A stretch of 64,000 bases of DNA from an uncultured bacterium (GTDB lineage: Bacteria > Bacillota_I > Bacilli_A > RFN20 > CAG-826). Below, one piece after another: positions 8,641-17,521 of the stretch. How positions within the stretch are numbered: the first letter of the stretch is position 1; each line of letters starts with the position of its first letter. The translations under genes were made by a program, and so were the position numbers. The DNA lies in NCBI GenBank assembly GCA_949293175.1, contig CASFCI010000002.1, positions 27,765-91,764 of the forward strand. Direction: 5' to 3'. The notes beneath the pieces are model-generated. The model worked only from the letters and a program-made list of their open reading frames with translations, searched no databases and was not told the origin of the DNA.

Positions 8641-9966
8641 TTATTCGGCCTTAGCGGCGGCGCAAGGGGATGACATCTCCTTGAGGGCGCTTAGCTCGCC
8701 TAGCGGAGCGGGGATCTTGTCGACCTCGGCCCCGCGGGAGAGCACGGCGTAGTAGACCGCGGTGCCAAGCTCGTCATAGGGGAAGCACTGCTTCTCCTCG
8801 ACGAGGGTGAATTCCTGATGGTTCTGCAGGAAGGACTCCACCGCGAGGTGGCCCTCCTTCTTGGAGATGGTGAGGATGGCGTAGATGAGCTTGCCGCCGT
8901 CATCGACGTATTTGGCGCAGCCCTCCAAGGCCTTCTGCTCGCCCGAGATGATCCCGTCCATCGCGTCCTTGTCGAAATGAAGCAGGAAATCCGGGGATGT
9001 CGGGACCTGGTCAAAGGCGGTCGAGTCCGGCAGGCAGATGACCAACTGCTGCTTGCCTGGCACCGAGGCGTCCATCGCGGTCGGGTCGGTGGTCTGGAAT
9101 AGGTTGACGTTGTGCAGGCCCTTCTCGCGGATTAGGCGGGTGAGGGCGAGCTTCGAATCGAGCTCGGAGGTCGCGATGTTCATCGCGAGGGCATCCCCGT
9201 AATGCTCGACCAGCTCAAGCTCGGCGCCGCCGGAGGCCTTGCCGCAGTAAAGCAAAGCAGAGCTCGGGGCGGAGATGACGTGGCTATCAAGCAGCTCCTT
9301 GACGCGCGGGCGGATCTCGAAGATCTTGCCGCGGCGGTATTCCTCATAGACGCGGAGCGGCTTCTTGCCGGCGTAGAGATAGACGTCCTTTATCGAGGTG
9401 GCGGCGAAATCCGGCGAGGTGCGGAGCTCCTCGAGCTCGGGCAAATCGCGGAAGCGGACGTAGGTCACGTAGGGCCTGGCCCACTTCTTCAAGGTCTTGA
9501 AGGTATTCGAGTAGCCGAAATGGTGCAGTATCTTGCAAGCCCAGATCGGGGCATTGTAGCGAAGGCTCAGGTAATCGAGGCTAGAGTGGTCGACGTCATC
9601 GGGCATGTAGCGGTTCTCCTCGCCCTCTTTGTCGAGGATGGGGAGCGCGATGGCGGCCTTCTCCTCGCCAAGCAGGCCCTTGACGGCCTCGTCCATGTCC
9701 TTCTTCTCGTAGCGGCGGCAGAAGTAGTTGTTCGCCATGCCGATCATGACGATGCGCTTGTCCGCCTCCTCAAGCCCCTCGACCTTGTCGAGCAGCCTGC
9801 TGAAGAGGATGGAATGGCGCAGGGCGCAGCCGACTAGGCTCGCCACGTCGTGGCGCATCGGGCGGATCTCGACCTCCTTCTGGAACTTGTCCTTCAGGGC
9901 GGTGCCGAACTCGGTGCCGTCGAGCACGGCGTTGAGAATCTCAACCGACAAATCTAGTTCTTTCAT
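8641..9966 (-). CDS. RsmB/Sun-family homolog. It has a NusB-like N-terminal domain and an RNA m5C-methyltransferase-like C-terminal domain. Both catalytic Cys motifs appear substituted.
   Basis: The ATG at 9966 is preceded by AAGGAG. The C-terminal segment LPDSTAF...GGKLIYAILTISKKE aligns by eye to RsmB DAPCSATG...GGTLVYATCSVLPEE, giving PC to PD and TCS to TIS. Its position, between a conserved hypothetical and rlmN, matches rsmB in Bacillus. Confidence 0.55.
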   Translation of the reverse strand: MKELDLSVEILNAVLDGTEFGTALKDKFQKEVEIRPMRHDVASLVGCALRHSILFSRLLDKVEGLEEADKRIVMIGMANNYFCRRYEKKDMDEAVKGLLGEEKAAIALPILDKEGEENRYMPDDVDHSSLDYLSLRYNAPIWACKILHHFGYSNTFKTLKKWARPYVTYVRFRDLPELEELRTSPDFAATSIKDVYLYAGKKPLRVYEEYRRGKIFEIRPRVKELLDSHVISAPSSALLYCGKASGGAELELVEHYGDALAMNIATSELDSKLALTRLIREKGLHNVNLFQTTDPTAMDASVPGKQQLVICLPDSTAFDQVPTSPDFLLHFDKDAMDGIISGEQKALEGCAKYVDDGGKLIYAILTISKKEGHLAVESFLQNHQEFTLVEEKQCFPYDELGTAVYYAVLSRGAEVDKIPAPLGELSALKEMSSPCAAAKAE

Positions 9967-9976
9967 GTTTTTCTCC

Positions 9977-10537
9977 TTATTTCGCCCCGCCCTTCTTCTT
10001 GGCGACTTCCTCCTCGAAGGAGGCGAAGGCATCGCCTAGGAATATCTGATTGGGGTCGTTGTAATCCAAATCCGCCCTGTCGGCGGGATTGGGCAAAGAG
10101 GGGTCTTCCCCGTCCTCATCGTTGTCGTGGTGGCATTCGTCATGCTCATCCTCGCCATAGTCGATGCTGACGTCGGCTTCCTTGATGTTGTCCTCGCTCA
10201 GGTAGCGGGGATAGTCGTGGTTGATTCGCTCATGGTGGCGCCCGGGCTCGAAGTACTCGAACTCAAGCTCGACGTGGATGGAGAACTGGCTTAGCGTCTC
10301 CAGGATGTATTCGGCGGCCTTGTCCTCGCACTGCTCAAGCTGCCTGGGTGCGCGGACGACGACGATCGTGTTCCAGCTGGTCTGCTCCGCCCCGGAGTGG
10401 AACACCATTGAGTTGGGGGCGTAGAAATTGATGGCCTCCTCCGGAACGGCGAATATCGAGGCCAGGGCCTTGGTGTGGTCCTTCGAGTAGTGGCCGACCA
10501 CGAATTGGTCGAGGCCTAGGATGCAGATGGTTACCAT
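9977..10537 (-). CDS. Hypothetical protein with a strongly acidic His/Asp/Glu-rich C-terminus
   Basis: ORF of 186 aa. No domain was recognised. Confidence 0.4.
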   Translation of the reverse strand: MVTICILGLDQFVVGHYSKDHTKALASIFAVPEEAINFYAPNSMVFHSGAEQTSWNTIVVVRAPRQLEQCEDKAAEYILETLSQFSIHVELEFEYFEPGRHHERINHDYPRYLSEDNIKEADVSIDYGEDEHDECHHDNDEDGEDPSLPNPADRADLDYNDPNQIFLGDAFASFEEEVAKKKGGAK

Positions 10538-10730
10538 TGCAAAAAGTTACTTTCCTTACGTTACGTAAGTATACACCATGGAAGAGGCAAATAAACCATT
10601 TGGGGAGGCGAATTGAAAGGCAAAGACGGCTAAAAGCAGCCAATTGTTTGCCTACTAGATTAGAGATTAGGCAAGGCAGGTGAGCAAACGCGAATCCGCG
10701 AATAATACACCGGCTCTCCCTGATTCTTGT

Positions 10731-10759
10731 TGACAAAAGGCGAATAGAAAAAAATAATG
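10731..10759 (+). promoter_or_regulatory. Sigma-70-like promoter: -35 TTGACA, a 16-nt spacer, then -10 AATAAT. A TGTATAAAT element lies just downstream.
   Basis: TTGACA at 10731-10736 and AATAAT at 10753-10758 lie in an AT-rich intergenic region upstream of the small ORF and the 538-aa membrane gene. Confidence 0.35.
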
Positions 10760-10819
10760 TTTGTATAAATCCAACGCCAGCCAATCGTCACTAAATAATC
10801 GAACGAGGAGGGTCAAATC

Positions 10820-10915
10820 ATGAAAAGATTATTTCACGCATTTTTAGGGTTTTTGCCTTTCTTTGCCCTAATTGTTCCACTGAAACCTCAAAGCGAATCA
10901 GCCTCATCCAAATGA
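10820..10915 (+). CDS. Small hydrophobic peptide of 31 aa (MKRLFHAFLGFLPFFALIVPLKPQSESASSK)
   Basis: Not in the ORF track because it is below the size cutoff. The ATG at 10820 follows GAGGAGG by 7 nt. It contains a single TM-like helix. It lies 21 nt upstream of the 10937 gene. Confidence 0.35.
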   Translation: MKRLFHAFLGFLPFFALIVPLKPQSESASSK

Positions 10916-10936
10916 TGCTTATATAGAGGAAAAGCC

Positions 10937-12553
10937 ATGAAAATAGCCAAACCAAGTAAAACAGCGGTCAAGAACATCGTCGCCACCTCGCTCATGCTTG
11001 CCATCCTCGCCCCGCTCATATCGTCTTCGATATCCATCGCGGGGTTCGATGAGGAGAGGGCGCAGATCGAAGCGCTATTTAGGCCCGGCGACTCCTTTTC
11101 CTTCGATGGAGGCAAGCAGGGATTCGTCGACAGCATCGATGAGGAAGGCGACCGCCTCGCCTACATAGCCTACCCATACCGCTACCTGACCAATCGCTAC
11201 GCCTTGCCCTCCCTCGCCTCCGATTCGCTTGGGATCTCCTTTTCCTACGGGCGAGCGCCGCAGGATGATTTCGAGGTCGCCCTGCCCAAGCCGATGGCGG
11301 ACCGCATCTTTGACAAAGGGTATTATGGGCTGGGCGATCTGCCCGACCTCGAGTCGCTGATAGGATGCAATATGCCGTTGCAGGTACCGCTTCTAGAGGG
11401 GATCGACCTGACCATCTCCGGCATATTCGTTGCCCCTGAGCAGCCAGATGGGGATCATGCGAATGGCAGCTTGGACAACACGCTTTTGCTGGGGGAGCGG
11501 GCCTATGTGATATCGAAAGCCGCAAAGAACCGGATCCACTCCTTCTACTCCCAATACGTCGCGAGCATCGGCGAGGAGGATGAAGGCTGGCTTTACGCGC
11601 CCTATGGCGAGGGGCCGCTCATCGTCGGGGCCAGGGCGGCCGAGCGCGCTTGCCTTTTCGGCGACTACACCCCGGTCAGCGTGGAAATATCCTCCGCCAG
11701 CGGGTCGAAGACCATATCCTGCCAAAGGGATTCATTGATATCCGAGCTTGAGGACGCGGCCATCGCCGAGGCCCTTGGCGAGGGGTATTCGCCAGCGCGC
11801 CGCGAGGACATCGAGGCCCTATACGGTGGCATCAACGTCGCGGATTACTACGATTTGGCCGATATGGAGGTGGCCAGGGCCGCCGAGCGGCAATTCGTGT
11901 CCTTCCTGCAGCAGGCCATCGGCCAAGGCGCCCTCCCGGAGGGGATGAGCTACGAAGGGGTGCCGATCGGGGGCATCGCCCCGGAGTACGCCTTTGGGGT
12001 CTTCGAGGGACGGATCGATGAGGTGAATGGCCTCTCCCCCTCCATGATCACTCCGCTTCGTCTGGAGGGCTTCCCCACGCAGAAGCGCGCCGCGCTGAGA
12101 ATGCTTTCGATTTCCCGAAATAGCGGCCTCTACCTGGCCTCGCCCTACCCAAGCCTAGCGGATAAGGGCCGGAGCCAATTCATAATACTGGCCTTGGCGG
12201 TCCCCTTGGCGGTGGCCATCCTGGCCTTGAAGATCTTCTATTCGCGGAAGAAGGCTGGCGAAGGCGAGGGCATGGAGGCAAGTGATGCCGCATTGGAAGG
12301 CGTTTCCGCCGCCGCAGCGGCCTTGCCCTCGTTCCTGCTTTTCTTCCTGCTCGCGCGGTTTAGCCCATATGGGATCTCCGCCGCGGCGTCCGGATTGGCT
12401 TTCCCGAGCCTTCCCTTCTTCGGGATCCACCTTGGCGTATTCCTCACCGGGGTCGCCATTTGCCTATTCGCCGATCTGCTCTTCGGCTTGCTCAGGAGGC
12501 GAAGGCGGAAGAGGTTCAGCGAGGTCACCTGTCCGCCGACCAGCGGCCAGTGA
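10937..12553 (+). CDS. Membrane protein with a large extracytoplasmic domain and C-terminal TM helices, possibly FtsX-like. It is a paralog of 12..1676.
   Basis: It has an N-terminal signal/anchor, a conserved SFLQQAIGQGALPEGMS block and a C-terminal hydrophobic bundle followed by RRRRRKR. Confidence 0.55.
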   Translation: MKIAKPSKTAVKNIVATSLMLAILAPLISSSISIAGFDEERAQIEALFRPGDSFSFDGGKQGFVDSIDEEGDRLAYIAYPYRYLTNRYALPSLASDSLGISFSYGRAPQDDFEVALPKPMADRIFDKGYYGLGDLPDLESLIGCNMPLQVPLLEGIDLTISGIFVAPEQPDGDHANGSLDNTLLLGERAYVISKAAKNRIHSFYSQYVASIGEEDEGWLYAPYGEGPLIVGARAAERACLFGDYTPVSVEISSASGSKTISCQRDSLISELEDAAIAEALGEGYSPARREDIEALYGGINVADYYDLADMEVARAAERQFVSFLQQAIGQGALPEGMSYEGVPIGGIAPEYAFGVFEGRIDEVNGLSPSMITPLRLEGFPTQKRAALRMLSISRNSGLYLASPYPSLADKGRSQFIILALAVPLAVAILALKIFYSRKKAGEGEGMEASDAALEGVSAAAAALPSFLLFFLLARFSPYGISAAASGLAFPSLPFFGIHLGVFLTGVAICLFADLLFGLLRRRRRKRFSEVTCPPTSGQ

Positions 12554-12574
12554 TTGCCTTCGGCCTCATGAAAC

Positions 12575-12607
12575 CAAAACCGCCCTGGGGGGACCCAAGG
12601 CGGTTTT
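12575..12607. terminator. Bidirectional rho-independent terminator between convergent genes
   Basis: The hairpin AAAACCGCC-CTGGGGGGACCCAA-GGCGGTTTT is flanked by a T-run on the plus strand and an A-run on the other side. Confidence 0.5.
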
Positions 12608-12619
12608 TGCCATATGAAG

Positions 12620-15600
12620 CTATTGCAGGGGGTAGGAGGCTAGGGAGTTGGCGCCAACCGCGATCTCCTTGACCTGCCCGTCGACGTGGACCTTGACGGT
12701 CTTGGCAGCTCCGGGGTTATAGACGACCGCCGTCTTGACTCCGTCTTTGACGTAGACCGAGCCGGAGGCGAACTCGCCCTCGACGTAGGCGGCGCCGTCC
12801 TTGTGGCCGAGGCTCGCGAGGGCCTGCACCATCCAGTAGGAGCCGGACAGCTCGGAGGGGTAGTCGTCGGCGAGGATGGCGGAGGCATCGAAGTCCTCAA
12901 GCGCCCCCTCGGGGTCGTAGATGGCCTTGACCGCCCACATGTTGGACTGCCAGGTCCGCGGCGCCCCGCCGACGCGGCTCTCCATCTCCTCGTATATGTC
13001 CTGCAGCACGGCGAGCTCGCCGTCGTCTAAGGCATAGGATGAGACGTATTCGCCGGTCGGCAGCCAGTGGATGCCATAGATGAACTCGGGGTTGGAGCCG
13101 AACCAGGTCTGGTGGTCGTTCTTGGTACCCCAGACCATCCCGACCGCGTGCGCGGACTTGGCTAGGTCCTCGTTCCAGTTGTCGCCGTCGTAGTTGAACC
13201 AGTACTGCTTGACGGCCTCCAGCTCATTGACGAAGCCCCAGATGGCGGCGTCTTCCGACTGCTGGTCCTCGGAGACCAGCGATAGCAGGTAGGCCGCGAC
13301 CCAGGAGTTGAGCGCCTCGCCGGAGCTCTCCTGGTTGTTGCCGTCTCCGGTGTCGGCCTTGCCGTCGGCCCAGGAGTGGCCGGCGTAGGGGTCGAAGGTG
13401 CGGAAGGTCGGGAACATGGAGTCGGACTCGTCGGCATTCATGTACTCCTTCATCTGCAGCTCGGCCATGTCGAGGTATTCGTTCTTGAAGCCCTCGTCAT
13501 AGGTGGCGAGTATGGCCGAGGCGTAGACCAGGTAGCCGGCGGTGAAGTGATGGTCGGATAGCCGCGAGGCGGTGGAGAAGTCGTCGTTGCTCCAGATGAG
13601 CGACCCAGCCACCTCGTCGTAATAGAGGTAGCGGTCGTCGGAGGTCCCGTCGTAGGTATACCAGTCCTTCAGGTCGTCCTTTAGCAGGGAGATGAACTCC
13701 TGCTTGAGGTCGTCGGCCCCGATCTGGTCGGCGATGAGTAGCCCCTGTGAGAGCGGGTAGAGCGCCTTGGCGTTCCAATACGGCCCCGGGGCGTCGATGA
13801 AGTTCTTCTTGCTTTCGGAGAAGCCCTCTTCGCCCGGCTGGTTGCGGTCGAGTAGGTCCTCGAGGTAGCCGCGCATGGTCGCGTCGTCGTAGTCGCCGCC
13901 GGTGGGCTTGGCGAAGCTCGGCAGCAATCCGGCGAAGGATAGGTCATAGGTGAACGAATCGGTCTTGAACAGCTTGAGCTTGCCGCGCATCGTGGTCAAC
14001 TCGACATCGGAAGTTCCGTAGTCATCGGAGTTCTTCCACTGATGCGGGAGCAGCCCCAATAGCGGGTGGTATCCCTTCTCCTCCTCGAGCACATGGACCC
14101 GGTAGCCCATGGTGGTGTGGACGTTGGACGACTCGTGGTCGACCTCGTAGGAGTAATAGAAGGAATCGAGGACGCTGTAGGCGGATTCCTGATAGAAGGC
14201 GGCGTCATCCTTAGAGGAGAGCGAGGAGACGGTCAGGTAGTTCTTGCCGTTGAGATCGATCTCGATCGAGAGGGTCAGGGCCGCGTTGGCGGTGTTGCCC
14301 TGGCTCAACTTGAAGGTCGAGCCCTCGGGGGCAGAAAGCAGGAAGCTCTGCTCGCGGTATAGCGGGGCGCCTAGCCCGGCGTTTGGATAGTTGGAGCCGT
14401 AGCCGTAGTGGGATTTGGGATAGGTGACGATGATGGCGCTTCCGGTATAGGTCGACCGGTTATTGATCTCGTTGCCCTCCAGGTCGTAGAACTTCATCGG
14501 TTCGGCCACCCCGCCGTCGCGGAGGGTGACGGTCGCCTTCGAGGTCGAGAACTCGAAGAATGCCATTGGGCTGCCCTGCGACATGGTGACGACCTCCGCG
14601 ACCTCGTTGGTCGAGGGGTTAACCAAGGCGAGCTTGGCGGAATCCTCGGTGTAGCTGATTATGCGCGACTCCACCGACGAGGTGACCGCGCTGCCCTTGA
14701 CGGTGATGTCCTGGAAGCCGACCGAATGGTTTGAGGCGGTGGTCATGCTGGTTCCGGTGGTGTCTTCGACCTTGAACACCTCGAGGAAGCCATCCCCATA
14801 GTCGGATACCGAGATGCCGGCGGAGCTCGACTTTATCGCTAAGGGGTTGGTCGCGGCGGTGGTCAACCCGCCATGGTTGGCGTAGAAGAAGCCGGAATAC
14901 CAGGTGTTGGTCGGTATCGGCCCCTCGTTGAAGGCCGCGTTGCCAAGATACGGGGTGTCGCCCGGCCTGGCGATGGCGTTCTTCTGATCCTCGCCGGTCT
15001 CAGGGTTCTTGTAGTTGACCGTCGGCGCGCTCGCCCCGCCGCTGAGGTAGCTACCGGAGCCGACCTCATGGGTGGTGAGCCCGCCGTAGGAGCGGTTCCT
15101 GGCGACCTGGCCGGGGATGGTCCCGTTCTCGACGGTGATGGTCCTGGTGGTCGAGTACTTGTCCTCCCCCACCTGCACCTCGTATTTGATCTGGTAGCTG
15201 CCAGCGACGCCGTAGTTGACATTGCCGATTGCCCTCACCCGGTTGGTGAAGTCGACGTCATTGCTGTCTTTGGCGGTCACGCCCTCGAAGACGTCGAAAT
15301 ACTGCCCGACCTTGATGGTCTTGTTGGAAACGCCCTCGAATGTTATCTCTCCGACGACGACCGGGACGTCGGGCTCATCGGAGCTGCTGTCCTCGCCCTC
15401 ATCGGGATCGGTCGATGGGGTGGTGTCGGTGTCCTCCCCGCCATCGGGATCGGTCGAGGAATCGGTATCCTCGCCCCCGTCTGGCTCGGTTGAGGAGCTG
15501 GTGTCGGTGTCATGCCCTTCATCCGGATCGGTTACTGAGCTGGTGTCGGTGTCCTCTCCCCCATCGGGATCGGTGGAGGTATCGGTGACGTCCGGGGTTC

Positions 15601-15742
15601 CGGTGGAGGTCGAAGCTGAGGTCGACGACTCCTCGGTATCGGGTTTGCTCGTCGACTTCGAGGAGCTCGACTCGACCGTGTTGCAGGCGGCGAGGGCCAA
15701 AGCGCCTACGGCCATGGCCCAGAAGATGTGCTTTTTCTTCAT
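12620..15742 (-). CDS. Glycoside hydrolase family 81-like endo-beta-1,3-glucanase, lipoprotein, with an acidic Thr/Asp-rich tandem-repeat N-terminal linker
   Basis: Lipobox LAAC. The motifs SDHHFTAGY, FDPYAGHSWADG and QESSGEALN resemble the GH81 signatures DHHFHYGY, GHSWA and ESxSE as I recall them. Confidence 0.6.
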   Translation of the reverse strand: MKKKHIFWAMAVGALALAACNTVESSSSKSTSKPDTEESSTSASTSTGTPDVTDTSTDPDGGEDTDTSSVTDPDEGHDTDTSSSTEPDGGEDTDSSTDPDGGEDTDTTPSTDPDEGEDSSSDEPDVPVVVGEITFEGVSNKTIKVGQYFDVFEGVTAKDSNDVDFTNRVRAIGNVNYGVAGSYQIKYEVQVGEDKYSTTRTITVENGTIPGQVARNRSYGGLTTHEVGSGSYLSGGASAPTVNYKNPETGEDQKNAIARPGDTPYLGNAAFNEGPIPTNTWYSGFFYANHGGLTTAATNPLAIKSSSAGISVSDYGDGFLEVFKVEDTTGTSMTTASNHSVGFQDITVKGSAVTSSVESRIISYTEDSAKLALVNPSTNEVAEVVTMSQGSPMAFFEFSTSKATVTLRDGGVAEPMKFYDLEGNEINNRSTYTGSAIIVTYPKSHYGYGSNYPNAGLGAPLYREQSFLLSAPEGSTFKLSQGNTANAALTLSIEIDLNGKNYLTVSSLSSKDDAAFYQESAYSVLDSFYYSYEVDHESSNVHTTMGYRVHVLEEEKGYHPLLGLLPHQWKNSDDYGTSDVELTTMRGKLKLFKTDSFTYDLSFAGLLPSFAKPTGGDYDDATMRGYLEDLLDRNQPGEEGFSESKKNFIDAPGPYWNAKALYPLSQGLLIADQIGADDLKQEFISLLKDDLKDWYTYDGTSDDRYLYYDEVAGSLIWSNDDFSTASRLSDHHFTAGYLVYASAILATYDEGFKNEYLDMAELQMKEYMNADESDSMFPTFRTFDPYAGHSWADGKADTGDGNNQESSGEALNSWVAAYLLSLVSEDQQSEDAAIWGFVNELEAVKQYWFNYDGDNWNEDLAKSAHAVGMVWGTKNDHQTWFGSNPEFIYGIHWLPTGEYVSSYALDDGELAVLQDIYEEMESRVGGAPRTWQSNMWAVKAIYDPEGALEDFDASAILADDYPSELSGSYWMVQALASLGHKDGAAYVEGEFASGSVYVKDGVKTAVVYNPGAAKTVKVHVDGQVKEIAVGANSLASYPLQ
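15395..15625 (-). repeat. About five imperfect in-frame tandem repeats of 39-45 bp, encoding TDPDGGEDTDTSS-like units
   Basis: The DNA unit GGTGTCGGTGTCCTC..CCATCGGGATCGGTCGAGG recurs, and the protein repeat is visible in the ORF. Confidence 0.6.
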
Positions 15743-15887
15743 AAGTCTCCTATCTTATATGCGATTTCTATGAAACCGCTTTCACAAAGTATTTTATTTA
15801 TCCGATAAATGGCCGTCAATGGGTAATGAAATCGATTTCTTAGGAATCAATCGGGAAACAATAAAGAGGTTTCTTTCTTCCTAGGAA

Positions 15888-15920
15888 AGGCAAAAAGAAA
15901 GCCGCCGGTTTCGCGGCGGC
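15888..15920 (-). terminator. Rho-independent terminator downstream of the lipoprotein gene 15933..17450
   Basis: On the minus strand, the hairpin GCCGCCG-CGAAAC-CGGCGGC is followed by TTTCTTTTT. Confidence 0.55.
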
Positions 15921-15932
15921 CTGTCGCTAGCT

Positions 15933-17450
15933 TCAGCAAGAGAGCAAGGCGTAGGATGTGCCGGATGTCGTCGTAAGGCCGACGAACATGTGCGTTCCGT
16001 TGATGGTCGATATCCCGCCGGTGGAGGCCGTGGCGTTATCTAGCCCAAGGGTCAACAGCGTTTCGTCGGGGGTCATGATCTTGGCCTCGGAGGAGGTTAT
16101 GGCGCAGGCGACGCCCGAGCCGACGACCGGGTAGATCACGCCATCTATCTCCTGCAGCTTCATATCGGGCCCGTAGACGTAACCGGTGCCGGTCGAGTTG
16201 ATCAGAATCGCGTGGTCATAGCTATATTGCGATGCCAGCAGCGTGTAGTGTCCTTTGGAGATGAGCACTTCGCCCTCGGAGGAGAGGACGCTGGCGTATT
16301 CGCCATCCTTGGCATAGTAGCAATCCATGCCGTAGATCGGGGTGATTGAGTCGTAGGCGGAGAGGTCGGCGGTTAGGCGCATCGAGCGGTCGAAGGCCAT
16401 CTTCAGGGTCGAGGAATAGTAGCCCCCGTCGGTGGCGTATAGGCCGCTAAGCAGGCTGGGGTTCATCTCCTCGATGATCTTGCCAGAGGAGTTTATCAGG
16501 ACCTTCTTGCTCTCCATGACGGCCTTCGAGCCCCTTATCTCGTAGATCGAGACCCCGGCGAGGTCGGTTTTTCCCTTCCGGGAGGAGTAGGCCCCGATGT
16601 AGGTTCCCAATAGGTAATCGAGGTTTATGTCCTTCAGGTCGCCGGAAAGCAGGTCGAAGGAGAGCGACCTCAGGTCGTATTTGGTCCCGTTTTGGTAATA
16701 GGAGTATTCCTTGGCGTCGTCGGGGAGTGCGAACGACTCCTGGATGAGCAGCTTCCCGTCGACCACGACCGCCGTGTTGATGTTGAGGTCGAAGCTCGGG
16801 GCGGGATAGGAACTGTACACCTCGCCCCGCTCGTCGATTACGTAGACGAAGTAGTCGCCGACGCTTATGCGGTATCCATCTAGTCCCAGCAGCGCCCCAT
16901 CGATGGCGCTGGGCCAGCGCTCGGAGTCGAAGATGCTCTGATTCGAGATCGAGGGCGCATCCTTCCCTTTCTCATATCTGGCGTAGGTGAGCGATCCGGA
17001 GTCGGTGATGACGACCTCGTCGTGTCCGTTCTCCTCGAAGGTGAACCAAGAAGATGAGGAATGCAGCTTGTTCCCGAACCCATCGACCAGGGAATACCCG
17101 CCATTGGATTCCTGGAAATAGAGCAGGAACCCGCATAGGGGGCTCACCCTGACCTCATAGTTAGGCGTCTCCGAGAATGAGGCGATGTGCTCCCCGTTTA
17201 TTAGCGAATAGGCCAAGAGCCCATCGCCGCCGCGGGCGATCGCGCAGCCCTTGGCGAGCCCGTTGTCGACGACGTCGAGGTTGGAAAGCGAGGAGGGGGC
17301 GGAGGCGGTCCAATCGCCTTCCTCTGGCATGGCGGCGGCGTTGGCCTCGGCCAGATCCGATGGCAAAAGCGGCTTCTTCGCGCCTTGGCAGGAACATAGA
17401 AGCAAGGTGGCGGACAATACGACGATGGTAATGTTTTTCTTCATTTTCAC
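15933..17450 (-). CDS. Lipoprotein, hypothetical
   Basis: MKMKKNITIVVLSATLLLCSCQ shows a lipobox. No domain was recognised. Confidence 0.5.
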   Translation of the reverse strand: MKMKKNITIVVLSATLLLCSCQGAKKPLLPSDLAEANAAAMPEEGDWTASAPSSLSNLDVVDNGLAKGCAIARGGDGLLAYSLINGEHIASFSETPNYEVRVSPLCGFLLYFQESNGGYSLVDGFGNKLHSSSSWFTFEENGHDEVVITDSGSLTYARYEKGKDAPSISNQSIFDSERWPSAIDGALLGLDGYRISVGDYFVYVIDERGEVYSSYPAPSFDLNINTAVVVDGKLLIQESFALPDDAKEYSYYQNGTKYDLRSLSFDLLSGDLKDINLDYLLGTYIGAYSSRKGKTDLAGVSIYEIRGSKAVMESKKVLINSSGKIIEEMNPSLLSGLYATDGGYYSSTLKMAFDRSMRLTADLSAYDSITPIYGMDCYYAKDGEYASVLSSEGEVLISKGHYTLLASQYSYDHAILINSTGTGYVYGPDMKLQEIDGVIYPVVGSGVACAITSSEAKIMTPDETLLTLGLDNATASTGGISTINGTHMFVGLTTTSGTSYALLSC

Positions 17451-17521
17451 GCACCATTTGCGGGCTTATCGCCCGTCTTCCTTACCTAGATTATATAATC
17501 TATGCAAAAGCCGCGCAAAAA

